Shown: positions 19,751-29,354, counted from the stretch's first letter. The stretch is DNA of 64,000 nt from an uncultured Chloroflexia bacterium (GCA_963813535.1 CAWEZH010000003.1:32001-96000), one strand, 5' to 3'. Notes: a model not told the origin generated them from the sequence alone. Numbers and translations are program-made.

Positions 19751-21445
19751 TCAGGCGCGCGCGGCCACTCTCGTCCTGGAGCGGTTCTTCGCGCGATCCT
19801 TGAGGATCTGGCCCGCGGCGAGCTTGCCCGGCGCGCCCATCACGCAGCCGCCGGGATGCGTGCCCGACCCGCACTGGTAGTAGCCATCGATGGGGGTGCG
19901 GTACTGCGACCACCCGGGCGCCGGCCGGAAGAAGAACATCTGGGGCGCGAAGAACTCGCCGGCGAAGATGTTCCCCTCGGACAGGCCGACGGTGCGCTCG
20001 ATGTCGAGCGGCGTCCGGACCTCGCGTTGGAGGACCAGGTCGCCGAAGCCCGGGAAGAACCGCTCGAGCGTGCGTTGGACTGTGTCGCCCAGGTTCTCCT
20101 TCTCCGTGTCCCAGTCGCTCTCGCGCAGCTTGTAGGGCGTGTACTGGATGAAGCTCGAGAGGACGTGCTTTCCGGGAGGCGCCATATCGGCATCGATCGT
20201 CGACTGGATGGCCATGTCGATGTAGGGGTGCTCCGAGTACCAGCCGTACTTCGCGTCATCGAACGCCCGCTCGAGGTAATCGAGCGACGGGCCGATGTTC
20301 GTGAAGCCGCGGAACTGGTCGCCCCGATCGCCCAACGCCGGGTACTTCGGCAGCCCATCGAGCGCGAAGTTGACCTTGGACGACGTGCCCTGGAAGCGGA
20401 ACCGCTGGATGTTCTCGACGAGGTCGTCGGGCAGCTCGCGCGGGTTGACGAGCTCCAGGAACGTGCGCCGTGGATCGAGCGCGGAGACGACGGTGTCGGC
20501 GTAGTACTCCGTCCCGTCCTGGAGGGCGACACCCGTCGCGCGACCATCCTTGGTGATGACCGAGTCGACCGGCGATTCGAGGCGGATCTCCGCTCCGAAC
20601 GACTCGGCGGCCCGGGCGAGCACCTGGGTGAAGCCACCGTTGCCCTTCTTGTGGAATGCCCACGCCCCGAACTCGCCGTCGTGCTCGCCGATCGAGTGGT
20701 AGAGCAGCACCAGCCCCGAGCCCTGTGACCGGGGCCCGACCTTGGTCCCGATGATGCTCGACGACGCGAGATAACCCTTGAGCAGGTCCGATTCGAAGTA
20801 ATCGTCGAGGAAGTCGGCGGCGCTCCCGGTCAGCAGTCGGACAGCGTTGTGGAGCACGCGCTTGTCCATCTTCTTGAAGCGCGAACCGAGACTGGCCAGG
20901 GCGACCAGCTCCTCCGGATCGTCGCTGAAGATGTCGGGCGGGACCATGTCCAGCAACGGCTTGAGGGCCTGGCAGACCATCTCCATGTCGTGGCTGTACT
21001 GGTCGTAGGCATCCGCGTCGTGCTTGGAATGCCGTGCGATCTCCTGTTGGTTCTGGCCGTGGTCCTGCGTGAAGTAGAGGTACTCGCCGTCGAGGCCCGG
21101 CGCGAACGTCGTCGACATGAGGAGCGGCATGAAGCCGTGCTTCGTCAGCTCGAGGTCGTGGATGATCTCCGGCCGCAGGAGGCTCAACGCGTACGAGAAC
21201 GTCGTGAACCAGAACCCCGGCCGGAGCTCCTCCGTGATCGCCGCGCCACCGACGACATGGCGTCGTTCCAGCACGAGCACCTTCAGGCCGGACTTCGCGA
21301 GGTAGGCGCCATTGACCAGCCCGTTGTGACCGCCGCCGACGACGATGGCGTCGTAGGTGCGGTCGCCGCGGCTGGTGGCCTTGGTCGACTTCGTGCTCCC
21401 GTTCTTGCGGTTTGCCTTGGCGGGCTTCGGCGCGGTCATCGTCAT
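19751..21445 (-). CDS. FAD-dependent oxidoreductase, phytoene dehydrogenase/PYROXD2-like
   Basis: Motifs VVGGGHNGLV, LERRHVVGGAA and YQCGSGTHPGGCVMGAPG. Start at MTMTAPK. Confidence 0.9.
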   Translation of the reverse strand: MTMTAPKPAKANRKNGSTKSTKATSRGDRTYDAIVVGGGHNGLVNGAYLAKSGLKVLVLERRHVVGGAAITEELRPGFWFTTFSYALSLLRPEIIHDLELTKHGFMPLLMSTTFAPGLDGEYLYFTQDHGQNQQEIARHSKHDADAYDQYSHDMEMVCQALKPLLDMVPPDIFSDDPEELVALASLGSRFKKMDKRVLHNAVRLLTGSAADFLDDYFESDLLKGYLASSSIIGTKVGPRSQGSGLVLLYHSIGEHDGEFGAWAFHKKGNGGFTQVLARAAESFGAEIRLESPVDSVITKDGRATGVALQDGTEYYADTVVSALDPRRTFLELVNPRELPDDLVENIQRFRFQGTSSKVNFALDGLPKYPALGDRGDQFRGFTNIGPSLDYLERAFDDAKYGWYSEHPYIDMAIQSTIDADMAPPGKHVLSSFIQYTPYKLRESDWDTEKENLGDTVQRTLERFFPGFGDLVLQREVRTPLDIERTVGLSEGNIFAGEFFAPQMFFFRPAPGWSQYRTPIDGYYQCGSGTHPGGCVMGAPGKLAAGQILKDRAKNRSRTRVAARA

Positions 21446-21446
21446 A

Positions 21447-22646
21447 TCAGGCCGTCTTTCGCTCCGGGTTGTAGAGCGGCAGCCGCGCCACGTGCGCGGC
21501 GACCTGCTCGTAATGGTGGTCGACGGTGAACTCGAGGTTGACCTTGGTGCCGATCTTCGCGAGGTCCGGTCGGACGCGGGCGATCGCGATGTGGCGCTGG
21601 AGCATCGGCGAGTACATGAAGCTCGTCGCGTAGCCGACTCGCTCGTAGTCGTCGTCGTAGAGCATCCAGTCCTCGACCACCGGCGCGTGGTCCTTGGGCG
21701 GGATGAGACCCGCCTCGTTGTAGACCCGATCGTAGTCCCGCCAGTCCACGACGAGGCCACGCATCGCCCAGCGCGACGTCTTGTCGGCGAGCTCCTTCTC
21801 TAGCGCCCTTCGGCCGATGAAGGCCCGATCGTCGCTCTTGAGGTCCTTGAACATCCAGCCCCAGCCGAGCTCGATCGGCGTCGAGCGGTGGGCGTCGTTC
21901 CACGCGTAGCGGCTGGAGTCGAAATCGGCCTCGAGTAGGAGGAGCCCCGCCTCGATGCGAAGCATGTACAGGGCGGCCAGGCCGAACGGCAGCACACCGT
22001 GGCCCTCGACCGACTCCCACAACGTGTCCCACACGTGGAGCGCGTCGGGTGAATCGATCCAGACCTCGTAGCCGAGGTCGCCGCTGTAGCCGGTGCGGCT
22101 GACGGTCACCCCTGCCCCGCCGATCTCGCCCTTGGCAACGCCGAAGTACGGGATGTGTTCCATCTGCGGGACCAGCCGCTTGAGCAGCGCGCGGCTGCGC
22201 GGACCCTGGAATGCCAGCGTGCCGATCTCGCGGCTGACATCCTCGATGTGGACGTCGTGCTTCCCGATCCGGTCGGCGAAGTAGGCGAAGTTCGGCTCGG
22301 CGGACGTGAGCAGGAACTCGTCCTTGCCGGGTCTCAGGATGACGCCGTCCTCGATGACGAAGCCGCGATCGTCGAGCCAGCACGTGTACTGGGCGGTGCC
22401 GGGCTGGCAGGCGCGGATGTCCCGGGCGAGGACGCCGGCCAGGAAGGTCTCCGCGTCGCGACCGGTGATCCGGTACTTGAAGAGCGGGCTCGTGTCGAAG
22501 ATACCGGCGGCGTTGCGGACCGCGAAGTACTCGAACTTGTCGGACATCTGGTAGCGGTCCGCCGCGAGGTGGCCCGACCAGTGACTCCAGAGTTGCGTCT
22601 CGTTGAGGGCGCTCGTCCGCTCGTGGAACGGCGTCGTCCGGATCAT
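21447..22646 (-). CDS. Aminomethyltransferase (GcvT-like, folate-binding) family protein
   Basis: Motifs TTPFH, EYFAVRNAAGIFDTS, SRTGYSGDLGYE and LRIEAG. Confidence 0.9.
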   Translation of the reverse strand: MIRTTPFHERTSALNETQLWSHWSGHLAADRYQMSDKFEYFAVRNAAGIFDTSPLFKYRITGRDAETFLAGVLARDIRACQPGTAQYTCWLDDRGFVIEDGVILRPGKDEFLLTSAEPNFAYFADRIGKHDVHIEDVSREIGTLAFQGPRSRALLKRLVPQMEHIPYFGVAKGEIGGAGVTVSRTGYSGDLGYEVWIDSPDALHVWDTLWESVEGHGVLPFGLAALYMLRIEAGLLLLEADFDSSRYAWNDAHRSTPIELGWGWMFKDLKSDDRAFIGRRALEKELADKTSRWAMRGLVVDWRDYDRVYNEAGLIPPKDHAPVVEDWMLYDDDYERVGYATSFMYSPMLQRHIAIARVRPDLAKIGTKVNLEFTVDHHYEQVAAHVARLPLYNPERKTA

Positions 22647-22696
22647 CGCGTATCCCCTCGCCTCTCCCCTCGGGTCATCCCGGCGACCTTAGCGGC

Positions 22697-22716
22697 TATT
22701 GGACGTTTGCGCAATA
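22697..22716. promoter_or_regulatory. Putative TetR operator
   Basis: TATTG-N10-CAATA inverted repeat between the divergent GcvT-like and TetR genes. A TACGCT -10 lies 7 nt before the TetR GTG. Confidence 0.5.
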
Positions 22717-22735
22717 TCGTTCTACGCTGCGGTCT

Positions 22736-23338
22736 GTGAAACGGATGGCGCCGGCGGAACGGCGCGAGACGATCGTCGCTGCGACGGTCGACGTCGCCCG
22801 CCGCAAGGGCCTCGCCTCGACGACGGTCCGTGACGTGGCCGCGGAGATGGGCACGTCGTCGGGCCTGATCCATCACTACTTCGGCTCGATGGACGACGTG
22901 CTGGCGTCGGCGTTCGACGTCGTGGCGCGGCAGGACCTCGAGGTGTCCGCGGTCTCGATGGCCGCGGCTGGTTCGCCGGTCGAGGCGCTGCGGATCTTCT
23001 TCCGGACCTATACGCCCTCCGACAAGGACTGGGCGTTCCAACTCTGGCTCGACGCCTGGGCCGAGGCGGCTCGACGTCCCGCGGTCCGACGGACGTCCCG
23101 CCGATTGAACCTCGCGTGGCAGGGTCTCCTCGAGCGGACGATCCGGAGCGGGGTGGCGAGCGGGGCGTTCACGTGCCAGGACCCAGGGGGCGCGGCGTGG
23201 CGGATCCTTTCGCTGCTCGACGGACTGGCACTGCAGGTCGTCGCCCACGGGACGACCATCAAGCGCCGGGACGTCGTGGCGTGGTCGACTGCCGCGGCAG
23301 AGCGAGAGCTGGGGCTGGACCCGGGATCGCTCCGCTAG
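22736..23338 (+). CDS. TetR family regulator (BetI-like C-terminus)
   Basis: TTVRDVAAEMGTSSGLIHHYF HTH, plus WLDAWAEA and LLDGLALQ. Confidence 0.9.
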   Translation: MKRMAPAERRETIVAATVDVARRKGLASTTVRDVAAEMGTSSGLIHHYFGSMDDVLASAFDVVARQDLEVSAVSMAAAGSPVEALRIFFRTYTPSDKDWAFQLWLDAWAEAARRPAVRRTSRRLNLAWQGLLERTIRSGVASGAFTCQDPGGAAWRILSLLDGLALQVVAHGTTIKRRDVVAWSTAAAERELGLDPGSLR

Positions 23339-23644
23339 GACCCGGCCACGGCCCGGCGCGTTCAAGGTCCCGTGCGGCAGCCACCGACGTTACTGCGCGC
23401 GCGTCCTCCGCGGTGGCCAGCCACACGAGCCGTCCACAGGATCGTCGCCGAAGATTTCCGCCAGATGCTCACCACGTGAGCGTTCGTCGGGGAATCCGTG
23501 TCATCTGCTTGATCAGGTGCGCATATGACAGGGAGTCGCGGTGGCTCCGCGCGTCGCGCACGGCTCAGGACCTGACCAACGACCGTGTGATGGTCGTTTG
23601 GCAGAGACCGGCCGGCGGCAAATCGTCGGCCCGGGCCCACGTCC

Positions 23645-24694
23645 CTACGCGCGGACCTCCTGGCGCATGAACAGCACGTAGGCCGCCGCGAAGCACGCCA
23701 CCGTCAGCCCCACCAGCCCGACCACCTGGGGCCAGATCAGGATGAAGCTCTGGTCGAGCGAGAACAGCGACGGGATGCGCTGCTGTGCCTGGGCGTACTC
23801 CCCGAGCGTGGCCGGCGTCGAGACCGTCGTGACCTGCGGGTTCAGCAGCGTCAGCGACGCCTCGCGATAGAGCGTGTCCGGCAGGAATCGCTGGAGCGTC
23901 TCCCGCAGCCCGACGTTCCGGAGGACCTCCTCGCCGGAACCGGTGATCGGCGCCACGAAGCCATTGATCAGCGACACGATCAGCCCGCCGAAGAACGACA
24001 GCAACAACCACGTCCCGAAGCCGACCAGCGCGGACGTCGCCGCTCGCCGGATCGCCACGGACAGCAGCATCCCGAACGCCAGCCACAGCGCGATGTAGGC
24101 GAGGGTCAGCAGGACCCACAGCAGGACCCGCAGGATCTCCGCGGCTTCGGGCACGATCCCGAGTCGGATCAACGCGAACGCCGTCACCCCGCCGATCATC
24201 ACGACGAGGACGAGGGCGATCACCGCCAACCCTGCCGCGAACTTGCCGTTGATCACGTCGTCGCGATGGATCGGCTGCGACAGGAGTCGGGGCAGCGTGC
24301 CGTTCGCCCGCTCGCCGTTGATCGCATCGAACGAGAAGGCGAGTCCCAGCAGCGGCCCGACGAGCCCCAGGAACCCGACCACCGACGGTAGCGCGATCTG
24401 GTCGTTGACCGACGGCGTCAGCCAGAACAAGGCGATGAAGAGCGCCGGGAAGTCGTTCGCTCCGCTCGGGGCCTCGCGGATCTGCCCGCTGATGAAGTAC
24501 AGGGGCACCGCGGCAGCGATGGCCATGATGATCGCCAGCACCAGGAAACGAGACGACAGCAGGTGGTCGCCGAACTCCTTCGCGCCGATCACCATCCACC
24601 CCGCGCGCGGGATCGAGCGCGTGCGCTCCTCGCGTTCGACCGCCGGCTCCGGGCGGACGGCGCCGGTGTCGGCCGTGGTCGGTGTCGACGTCAT
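23645..24694 (-). CDS. ABC-2 type transporter permease
   Basis: FDAINGERANGTLPRLLSQPIHRDDVINGKF, multiple TM segments, C-terminal FMRQEVRA. Confidence 0.88.
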   Translation of the reverse strand: MTSTPTTADTGAVRPEPAVEREERTRSIPRAGWMVIGAKEFGDHLLSSRFLVLAIIMAIAAAVPLYFISGQIREAPSGANDFPALFIALFWLTPSVNDQIALPSVVGFLGLVGPLLGLAFSFDAINGERANGTLPRLLSQPIHRDDVINGKFAAGLAVIALVLVVMIGGVTAFALIRLGIVPEAAEILRVLLWVLLTLAYIALWLAFGMLLSVAIRRAATSALVGFGTWLLLSFFGGLIVSLINGFVAPITGSGEEVLRNVGLRETLQRFLPDTLYREASLTLLNPQVTTVSTPATLGEYAQAQQRIPSLFSLDQSFILIWPQVVGLVGLTVACFAAAYVLFMRQEVRA

Positions 24695-25800
24695 ACGGGC
24701 ACCTCCCGGGCTGCGGGCCGGCTGCCCTCCGAGCGCGGGGCGGCCGCGGGGCGCGCGACCGCGCGGCGGTAGATGTCCTCGAGCGACGGCACGACCGCCC
24801 GGATGGAGGTCAGCGGCAGGTGCTCGGCCGCGACGGCTGCGAGCACGGCGGACCGGACGGTCGGTGGATCCGCGGAACGTTCGATCGACACACGCCATGG
24901 GTCGCCGGGTCGCGCCCCGTCCGAGATCGACGTCACGCCGCGGACCGCGCGAAGCACGGCCTTCGCCCGCTCGACATCAGGACCGGAGTGGACGTCGAGA
25001 CCGATCTCGAGCTCCTGCTTGCCCTCGCCGAAGCGCTCCGCGAGCTGGGCCATCGTCCCCTGCCCGATGAGCCGACCCGCCGAGAAGATGCCGATCCGAT
25101 CGCACACCGACTGGACCTGGTTGAGCAGGTGGCTCGACAGCAGGATGGCCATGCCCCGCTCGGTCACGAGGCGACGCAACAGCTCGAGGATCTCCGACAC
25201 GCCGAGCGGATCGATCGCCGTCGTCGGCTCGTCGAGGATGAGGACGTCGGGATCCTTGATCAGCGCGTCGGCGATGCCGAGGCGCTGGATCATGCCGCGC
25301 GAGTACTGCTCGACGGGGTCGTCGGCCCGATCGGTCAGGCCGACCTGCACGAGCACGGACTCGATCGTCGCTTCGGTCTCCTTGCGGTCGAGCCGGTTGA
25401 GGCGGGCCGTGTAGCGGAGGTTCTCGCGCCCCGTCATCTCGCCGTAGAAGCCGACGGCGTCGGGCAGGTAGCCGACCCTGCGCTTGACCTCGAGCGGGCC
25501 ACGCGAGGGATCGAGCCCGACGACGCGCGCAGCGCCCTCGGTCGGCTCGGTCAGTCCGAGCAACATCAGGATCGTGGTCGTCTTGCCGGCGCCGTTCTGA
25601 CCGAGGAGACCGAAGATCTCCCCGGCCCGGATGTCGAGGTCGAGGTGGTCGACCGCGACGAGCTCGTCATAGCGCTTCGTCAGACCGCGCGTCTTGATGC
25701 GGATCGGGGCGAGCCCGTCCGACGGCGTCGACCGCTCGCCGGCATCGGGTCGTCGCCCGGACCGTCGCTTCGGCGCGATCCGTCCCGGACCCGCGCTCAT
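24691..25800 (-). CDS. ABC transporter ATP-binding protein
   Basis: Walker A GQNGAGKT, signature YSRGM, Walker B ILDEP, and SSH. Confidence 0.92.
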   Translation of the reverse strand: MSAGPGRIAPKRRSGRRPDAGERSTPSDGLAPIRIKTRGLTKRYDELVAVDHLDLDIRAGEIFGLLGQNGAGKTTTILMLLGLTEPTEGAARVVGLDPSRGPLEVKRRVGYLPDAVGFYGEMTGRENLRYTARLNRLDRKETEATIESVLVQVGLTDRADDPVEQYSRGMIQRLGIADALIKDPDVLILDEPTTAIDPLGVSEILELLRRLVTERGMAILLSSHLLNQVQSVCDRIGIFSAGRLIGQGTMAQLAERFGEGKQELEIGLDVHSGPDVERAKAVLRAVRGVTSISDGARPGDPWRVSIERSADPPTVRSAVLAAVAAEHLPLTSIRAVVPSLEDIYRRAVARPAAAPRSEGSRPAAREVPV

Positions 25801-26972
25801 CGCCGACCGTAGGTCCGGAAGACGTAGAACAGGCCGCCGAGGATCAGCACGATGAGTGCGATCCCGACGAACGCCCAGATCGGCGAGGTCTCGACCGTGT
25901 AGCGGATCTCGACGGTATCGCCGGCCGTGTTCTCGGTCGACGCTGTCTTGAACGTGATCACGTAGTCGCCTGCCACCGCGTCGTTCGACGGCGTGATGGT
26001 GGCGTTGATCCGGCCGGTCGCCTGCGGATCGATCGAGGGCAGGCCGTCGGCGGGGTCGACCGTGACGGTCCAGCCGCTCGGTGGCGTGCCCGAAAGGGTC
26101 ACGACAGTGATGGGCGCCGTCCCGTCATTGGTGATCTCGAACGCCTGACTCGTGGCGGAGCCCGCCGAGCCGCGGGTCGACAGGACACCGCCCGGCGTCG
26201 ACAAGGACATCCCATACGAGCCGGTCACGGCGATCGACAGGTCCGTCTCGACGGTCCGCTCGCCCGCGGTGGCGGTGACCTTGATCGGATACGTGTCGGC
26301 CGGTGTGCCCTCGGCCGGTGTGGCGGAGACGCTGATGCTCTGCGTGGCGCCAGCCGTGACCACCGCCGACGCGGCATCGGTGGCACCCGTGAGCGTCGTT
26401 TCGATCGTCCAGCCGTCCGGGCCGGTCGCCGCGGCACTGACCGTGACGTCCTGGGCCGTGTCGTTCTTGAGCTGCAGGTCGAACTTGAACGACTTGTCGG
26501 AGGGCCCCGTCAACTCCGGGGTGTTGGTGGTGAGCGTGAGCGCGCCGGCCGCCTCGGCATTGACGCGCACCGAGATCGGAAGGGTGTCCGCGGCGCCGCC
26601 ACCACGTGCGTTCACGCGGAGCGTGGATGAGCCGGCAGCCGCCTCGGCCGGGACGTTGACGTCGAGCCGGACCTTGCCGGGGCTGCCCGGCGTGACGGCC
26701 ACGCCATCGACGACGTAGCCCCCACCGACCAGGCTCGCGGTCCAACCGCTCGGGACACCGCTGACCGACAGCTCGACGTCGGCCTGTCGCGTCGAATCGA
26801 CCGTCAGCTCGAAGCTGACCTTGTTGCCTGGGGCGATCGCCACGGCCGGGTAGGGTGTCGTGACCTCGAGCCCGTTCGCGGCGCCCACCGTCGGCGCGAA
26901 GACCGTGAGAACGAGTGACGAGATGACGAGCGCGAACGTCGCTGGGGCACGTCGCGCGACCCTTCTGAGCAA
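25797..26972 (-). CDS. NEW3/Ig-like repeat membrane-anchored protein associated with the ABC system
   Basis: GAGGAGG RBS with TTG start, signal peptide, three repeats with (P)xGWT, and a C-terminal TM ending FRTYGRR. Confidence 0.8.
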   Translation of the reverse strand: MLRRVARRAPATFALVISSLVLTVFAPTVGAANGLEVTTPYPAVAIAPGNKVSFELTVDSTRQADVELSVSGVPSGWTASLVGGGYVVDGVAVTPGSPGKVRLDVNVPAEAAAGSSTLRVNARGGGAADTLPISVRVNAEAAGALTLTTNTPELTGPSDKSFKFDLQLKNDTAQDVTVSAAATGPDGWTIETTLTGATDAASAVVTAGATQSISVSATPAEGTPADTYPIKVTATAGERTVETDLSIAVTGSYGMSLSTPGGVLSTRGSAGSATSQAFEITNDGTAPITVVTLSGTPPSGWTVTVDPADGLPSIDPQATGRINATITPSNDAVAGDYVITFKTASTENTAGDTVEIRYTVETSPIWAFVGIALIVLILGGLFYVFRTYGRR

Positions 26973-27155
26973 GGTTTCCCTCCTCGTGGTTCCGAAGTCA
27001 TGGTCGACTGACAGCGCCGAACAATGTGCCAAAGACGGCGGAGACGATACAACCACCATGCGATTCACACTTGGTTCGGATCACTTAACGTTCGGCCCCG
27101 TCGTTCGGGCGGAGCCCTCCGAGGACGACGGCGGAGCGCCGCGTAGACTGCCCGG

Positions 27156-28025
27156 GTGAGCCTCTATTCGCTGGCCGGGCGGGGCAGCCCGGGGGATCCA
27201 GGGGACCTGATCGCGCCGACGTTCATCGCCGCGTTCGACGGCTGGGTCGACGCGGGGAGCGCGGCGACGACCGCCCTCGAAAGCCTACTCGACGACGCGG
27301 TCGACGTCGCGACATTCGATCCGGACGCGCTCTTCGACTATCGGGCCCGGCGCCCGACGCTGCAGATCATCGACGGTCGGCTCGCCGAGCTGACCTGGCC
27401 CGAGCTCGTGGTCCGTCGCGTTCGGTTCAGCGAGCGTGATCTGCTCGTTCTGGCCGGTCCCGAGCCCGACGATCGCTGGCAGGCCTTCGCGACCGATTGC
27501 GTCGAGCTCGCACGCCGGATGGGCGTGGTCGAGTGGGTCAGTCTCGGCGCGATCCCTGCCGCGGTCCCCCATACACGGGACGTCCCGATCCTCGGCACGA
27601 CATCCGAAGCCGGGCGGCTGCGCGGCGACATCCAACCGGGCCCGGCCGGTCTCCTACGGGTGCCGGCGGCGGCCATCAGCGTCCTCGAGATGGCGATGGC
27701 CGAAGGCGGTATCCCGGCGGTGGGCTACTTCGCCCAGGTGCCGCACTACGTCTCCGGGCCGTATCCGGCCGCCTCTCTGGCGTTGATCGAGGCGCTCGGC
27801 CGGCACCTCGGCGTCGAGCTGCCGACCGGCGACCTGGCCGACGAAAGCGGTCAGCTCCGGACGCGACTCGACACCGCGACCGCGCTCGAGGAGACGACGC
27901 GCAGCTACGTCGAACGCCTCGAGTCGATGGTCGATGAGCAGCGCCTTCCCTCTGGCGACGATCTGATCGGCGAGATCGAGCGCTTCCTGCGCGAAGGTGG
28001 CACCGAGGGGCGCCGGCCGAACTGA
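27156..28025 (+). CDS. PAC2 family (proteasome assembly chaperone-like) protein
   Basis: Motifs AFDGWVDAG, FDYRARRP, GPEPDDRW, VPHTR and AQVPHY. A TAGACT -10 lies 6 nt before the GTG. Confidence 0.88.
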   Translation: MSLYSLAGRGSPGDPGDLIAPTFIAAFDGWVDAGSAATTALESLLDDAVDVATFDPDALFDYRARRPTLQIIDGRLAELTWPELVVRRVRFSERDLLVLAGPEPDDRWQAFATDCVELARRMGVVEWVSLGAIPAAVPHTRDVPILGTTSEAGRLRGDIQPGPAGLLRVPAAAISVLEMAMAEGGIPAVGYFAQVPHYVSGPYPAASLALIEALGRHLGVELPTGDLADESGQLRTRLDTATALEETTRSYVERLESMVDEQRLPSGDDLIGEIERFLREGGTEGRRPN

Positions 28026-28053
28026 GGCGCGCCGGCTGCCGACGCCACGCCTG

Positions 28054-28088
28054 TACATGACAGAACCTGTCAACTCTGCGGGTATGCT
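28054..28088 (+). promoter_or_regulatory. WYL-regulator operator plus leaderless promoter
   Basis: TGACAG-AAC-CTGTCA perfect palindrome (28058-28072), then a TATGCT -10 six nt before the ATG. Confidence 0.75.
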
Positions 28089-28094
28089 GAGCCG

Positions 28095-29085
28095 ATGCGT
28101 GCCAGCCGCCTGGTCAATATCCTGCTGCTGCTCCAGAGCCGTGGCGGGATGACTGCTGCCGAGCTCGCACGAGAGCTCGAGGTGTCGGTCCGGACCGTCC
28201 ATCGCGACGTCGAGGAACTGAGCGCGGCCGGCGTCCCGATCTTTGCGGAGCGGGGGCCGACCGGCGGGATCCGCCTCGTGGACGGCTACCGCACGCGCCT
28301 CACGGGCATGACCGCCGACGAGGCCGAGGCCCTCTTCCTCTCCGGACTGCCCGGCCCCGCTGCGCAGCTCGGCCTCGGGACGGTCGTTGCAGCGGCCCAG
28401 TTGAAGGTGATGGCGGCGCTCCCGCCGGAGCTCCGGTCACGGGCCTCGCGCCTCGTCCAGCGCTTCCATCTCGACGCGGCCAACTGGTTCCAGGCGAACG
28501 AGGAGGTGCCGCACCTGGAGACGCTGTCGACCGCGGTCTGGGAGGGCCGGAGCGTGGCGATCGACTACGACCACGGCGACGAGGTCGTCCCCCGGACGCT
28601 CGGGCCGCTGGGGCTGGTGCTGAAGGGCGGGATCTGGTATGTCGTTGCCTCGATCGATGGTCAATTGCGCACGTATCGAGCGTCACGAGTCGTCGCGGCG
28701 ACCCTCCTCGACGTCTCCGTCGACCGACCGGACGATTTCGATCTCGCGGCGTTCTGGGTCGAATTCGAGCACGGCGTTCGAGCGGGAGGCGCCGACGATC
28801 ACCGTCGACGTCCGGGTCCGGGAGGACCAGGCGTGGCGGCTCAACCAGGTCTTCGGGCGCGGGACACTCGCCGGCGGTGAACGAGTCGAGGAGACAGGTC
28901 ACCCCGGCACCATCCGGCTACGCCTGCGCCTCGGCTATCCCGACGAAGCGCCGGGATTGCTCCTGGCCGTCGGCCACAACCTCGAGGTCGTCGGTCCGCC
29001 GGAGGTACGCGACAAGGTCGTGATGCTCGCGAACCGGATCGCCGCGCGCTACCGGGACGAGGCGCCGCTCGAGGCTGGTCGCTGA
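28095..29085 (+). CDS. HTH-WYL-WCX transcriptional regulator (YafY/YobV-like), frameshifted near 28764
   Basis: HTH ELEVSVRTVHRDVEELSAAGVPI, WYL domain PLGLVLKGGIWYVVA and RTYRASR. The C-terminal WCX part (SSTAFERE...LEVVGPPEVRDKV) is in another frame, and removing one T from GAATTCGAGC rejoins it. Confidence 0.88.
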
Positions 29086-29225
29086 GTGATGCGGCCGTTC
29101 CGGCTGACGACCCGGCTGGTGTCGGGCGCATCGCTCGGTCGAAGGAGTCGACGGGTGCGGAGCTCCGTCTCGATCTCGCGCTCTCGGTCGGCTTGGATGA
29201 TGCGGGCGAGTTCGATGTTCAGCAT
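29049..29225 (-). CDS. 58-aa small protein, convergent with and overlapping the WYL gene
   Basis: MLNIELARIIQADREREIETELRTRRLLRPS..., a charged helical N-terminus. A CACACT -10 lies 6 nt upstream and a WYL-type operator further upstream. Confidence 0.6.
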   Translation of the reverse strand: MLNIELARIIQADREREIETELRTRRLLRPSDAPDTSRVVSRNGRITQRPASSGASSR

Positions 29226-29231
29226 GTGGTG

Positions 29232-29266
29232 AGTGTGACCGTCATACATGCCGGAACATGTCATGT
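29232..29266 (-). promoter_or_regulatory. Second WYL-type operator and weak -10 for the small protein gene
   Basis: Plus strand 29245-29266 TACATGCCGGAACATGTCATGT matches TACATGACAGAACCTGTCAACT at 28054 in 17 of 22 positions. Confidence 0.65.
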
Positions 29267-29304
29267 TTCCCGGGGCTCGGCGAAATCGCGCCTTGCACGC
29301 CTCC

Positions 29305-29354
29305 AAAGACACCGCAAGGCCGCTCGACGTCCCCACGCGCGAGCGGCCAGCGGT
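29305..29354 (-). terminator. Intrinsic terminator-like hairpin
   Basis: GGCCGCTCG/CGAGCGGCC stem extended by ACCGC/GCGGT, ending in TGTCTTT on the minus strand. Confidence 0.55.

Noticed and set aside
23340-23644. Gene or ncRNA in the 300-bp gap between TetR and the ABC permease
   Set aside because: I see only short imperfect inverted repeats (e.g. AACGACC-N7-GGTCGTT) and no ORF with a credible start, which is too little support.
28755-28775. Programmed ribosomal frameshifting in the WYL gene (and the other two broken genes)
   Set aside because: There are no slippery heptamers or long homopolymers at the sites. Isolated one-base insertions fit sequencing error better.
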